A stretch of 63,955 nt of DNA, counting the filler, from Octopus bimaculoides (taxonomy: Eukaryota), in the NCBI RefSeq assembly GCF_001194135.2. It is 10 parts of 8 records of this genome, joined end to end, with 100 filler letters (N's around TTAATTAATTAA, not from the genome) between each part and the next. Parts side by side here need not be neighbours in the genome. Positions count along the whole stretch, not along the records: positions 62,901 to 63,955 come from NW_026348973.1; 9 more parts are not named here. One strand, written 5' to 3'. The position numbers and the translations under genes are program-made. The notes beneath the pieces were generated by a model. It worked only from the letters and a program-made list of their open reading frames with translations. It made no database searches and was not told the origin of the DNA. Below, in pieces: positions 63,911 to 63,955 of this stretch (the first letter of the stretch is position 1; the number at the start of each line of letters is the position of its first letter).

Positions 63911-63955
<45 letters not shown>

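Overview
Eukaryotic, gap-rich, microsatellite- and SINE-dense genomic DNA. The SINE families and repeat landscape look like an octopus genome (inference, not confirmed). There is no prokaryotic-type system or CRISPR array. Two host genes are supported. (1) A two-coding-exon Myc-family bHLH-leucine-zipper gene on + (8454-9183 joined to 13800-14380; 1311 nt, 436 aa). It is unusually divergent: eroded and duplicated Myc-box-II-like motifs, an AT-hook-like motif, a T58/S62-type degron-like motif in the C-terminal half, and an apparently shifted intron. (2) One unmistakable internal exon of RUVBL2/reptin (60987-61110, +), whose other exons are not visible. The rest is decayed mobile DNA (mariner, Tc1, maT-like, hAT-like, piggyBac, CR1/L2-type LINE, gag-like ORF1, Penelope-like RT and GIY-YIG pieces), three main SINE-like families and simple repeats. 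Nine 100-bp spacers with TTAATTAATTAA in N runs are assembly artefacts. The most interesting leads are the divergent Myc and its regulatory architecture, several Penelope-type hammerhead-ribozyme relics, and a sharply bounded CpG-decay domain recorded in SINE copies. Most ORFs in the supplied track are microsatellite or N-run artefacts. All family calls are by eye and from memory; repeat boundaries are approximate.
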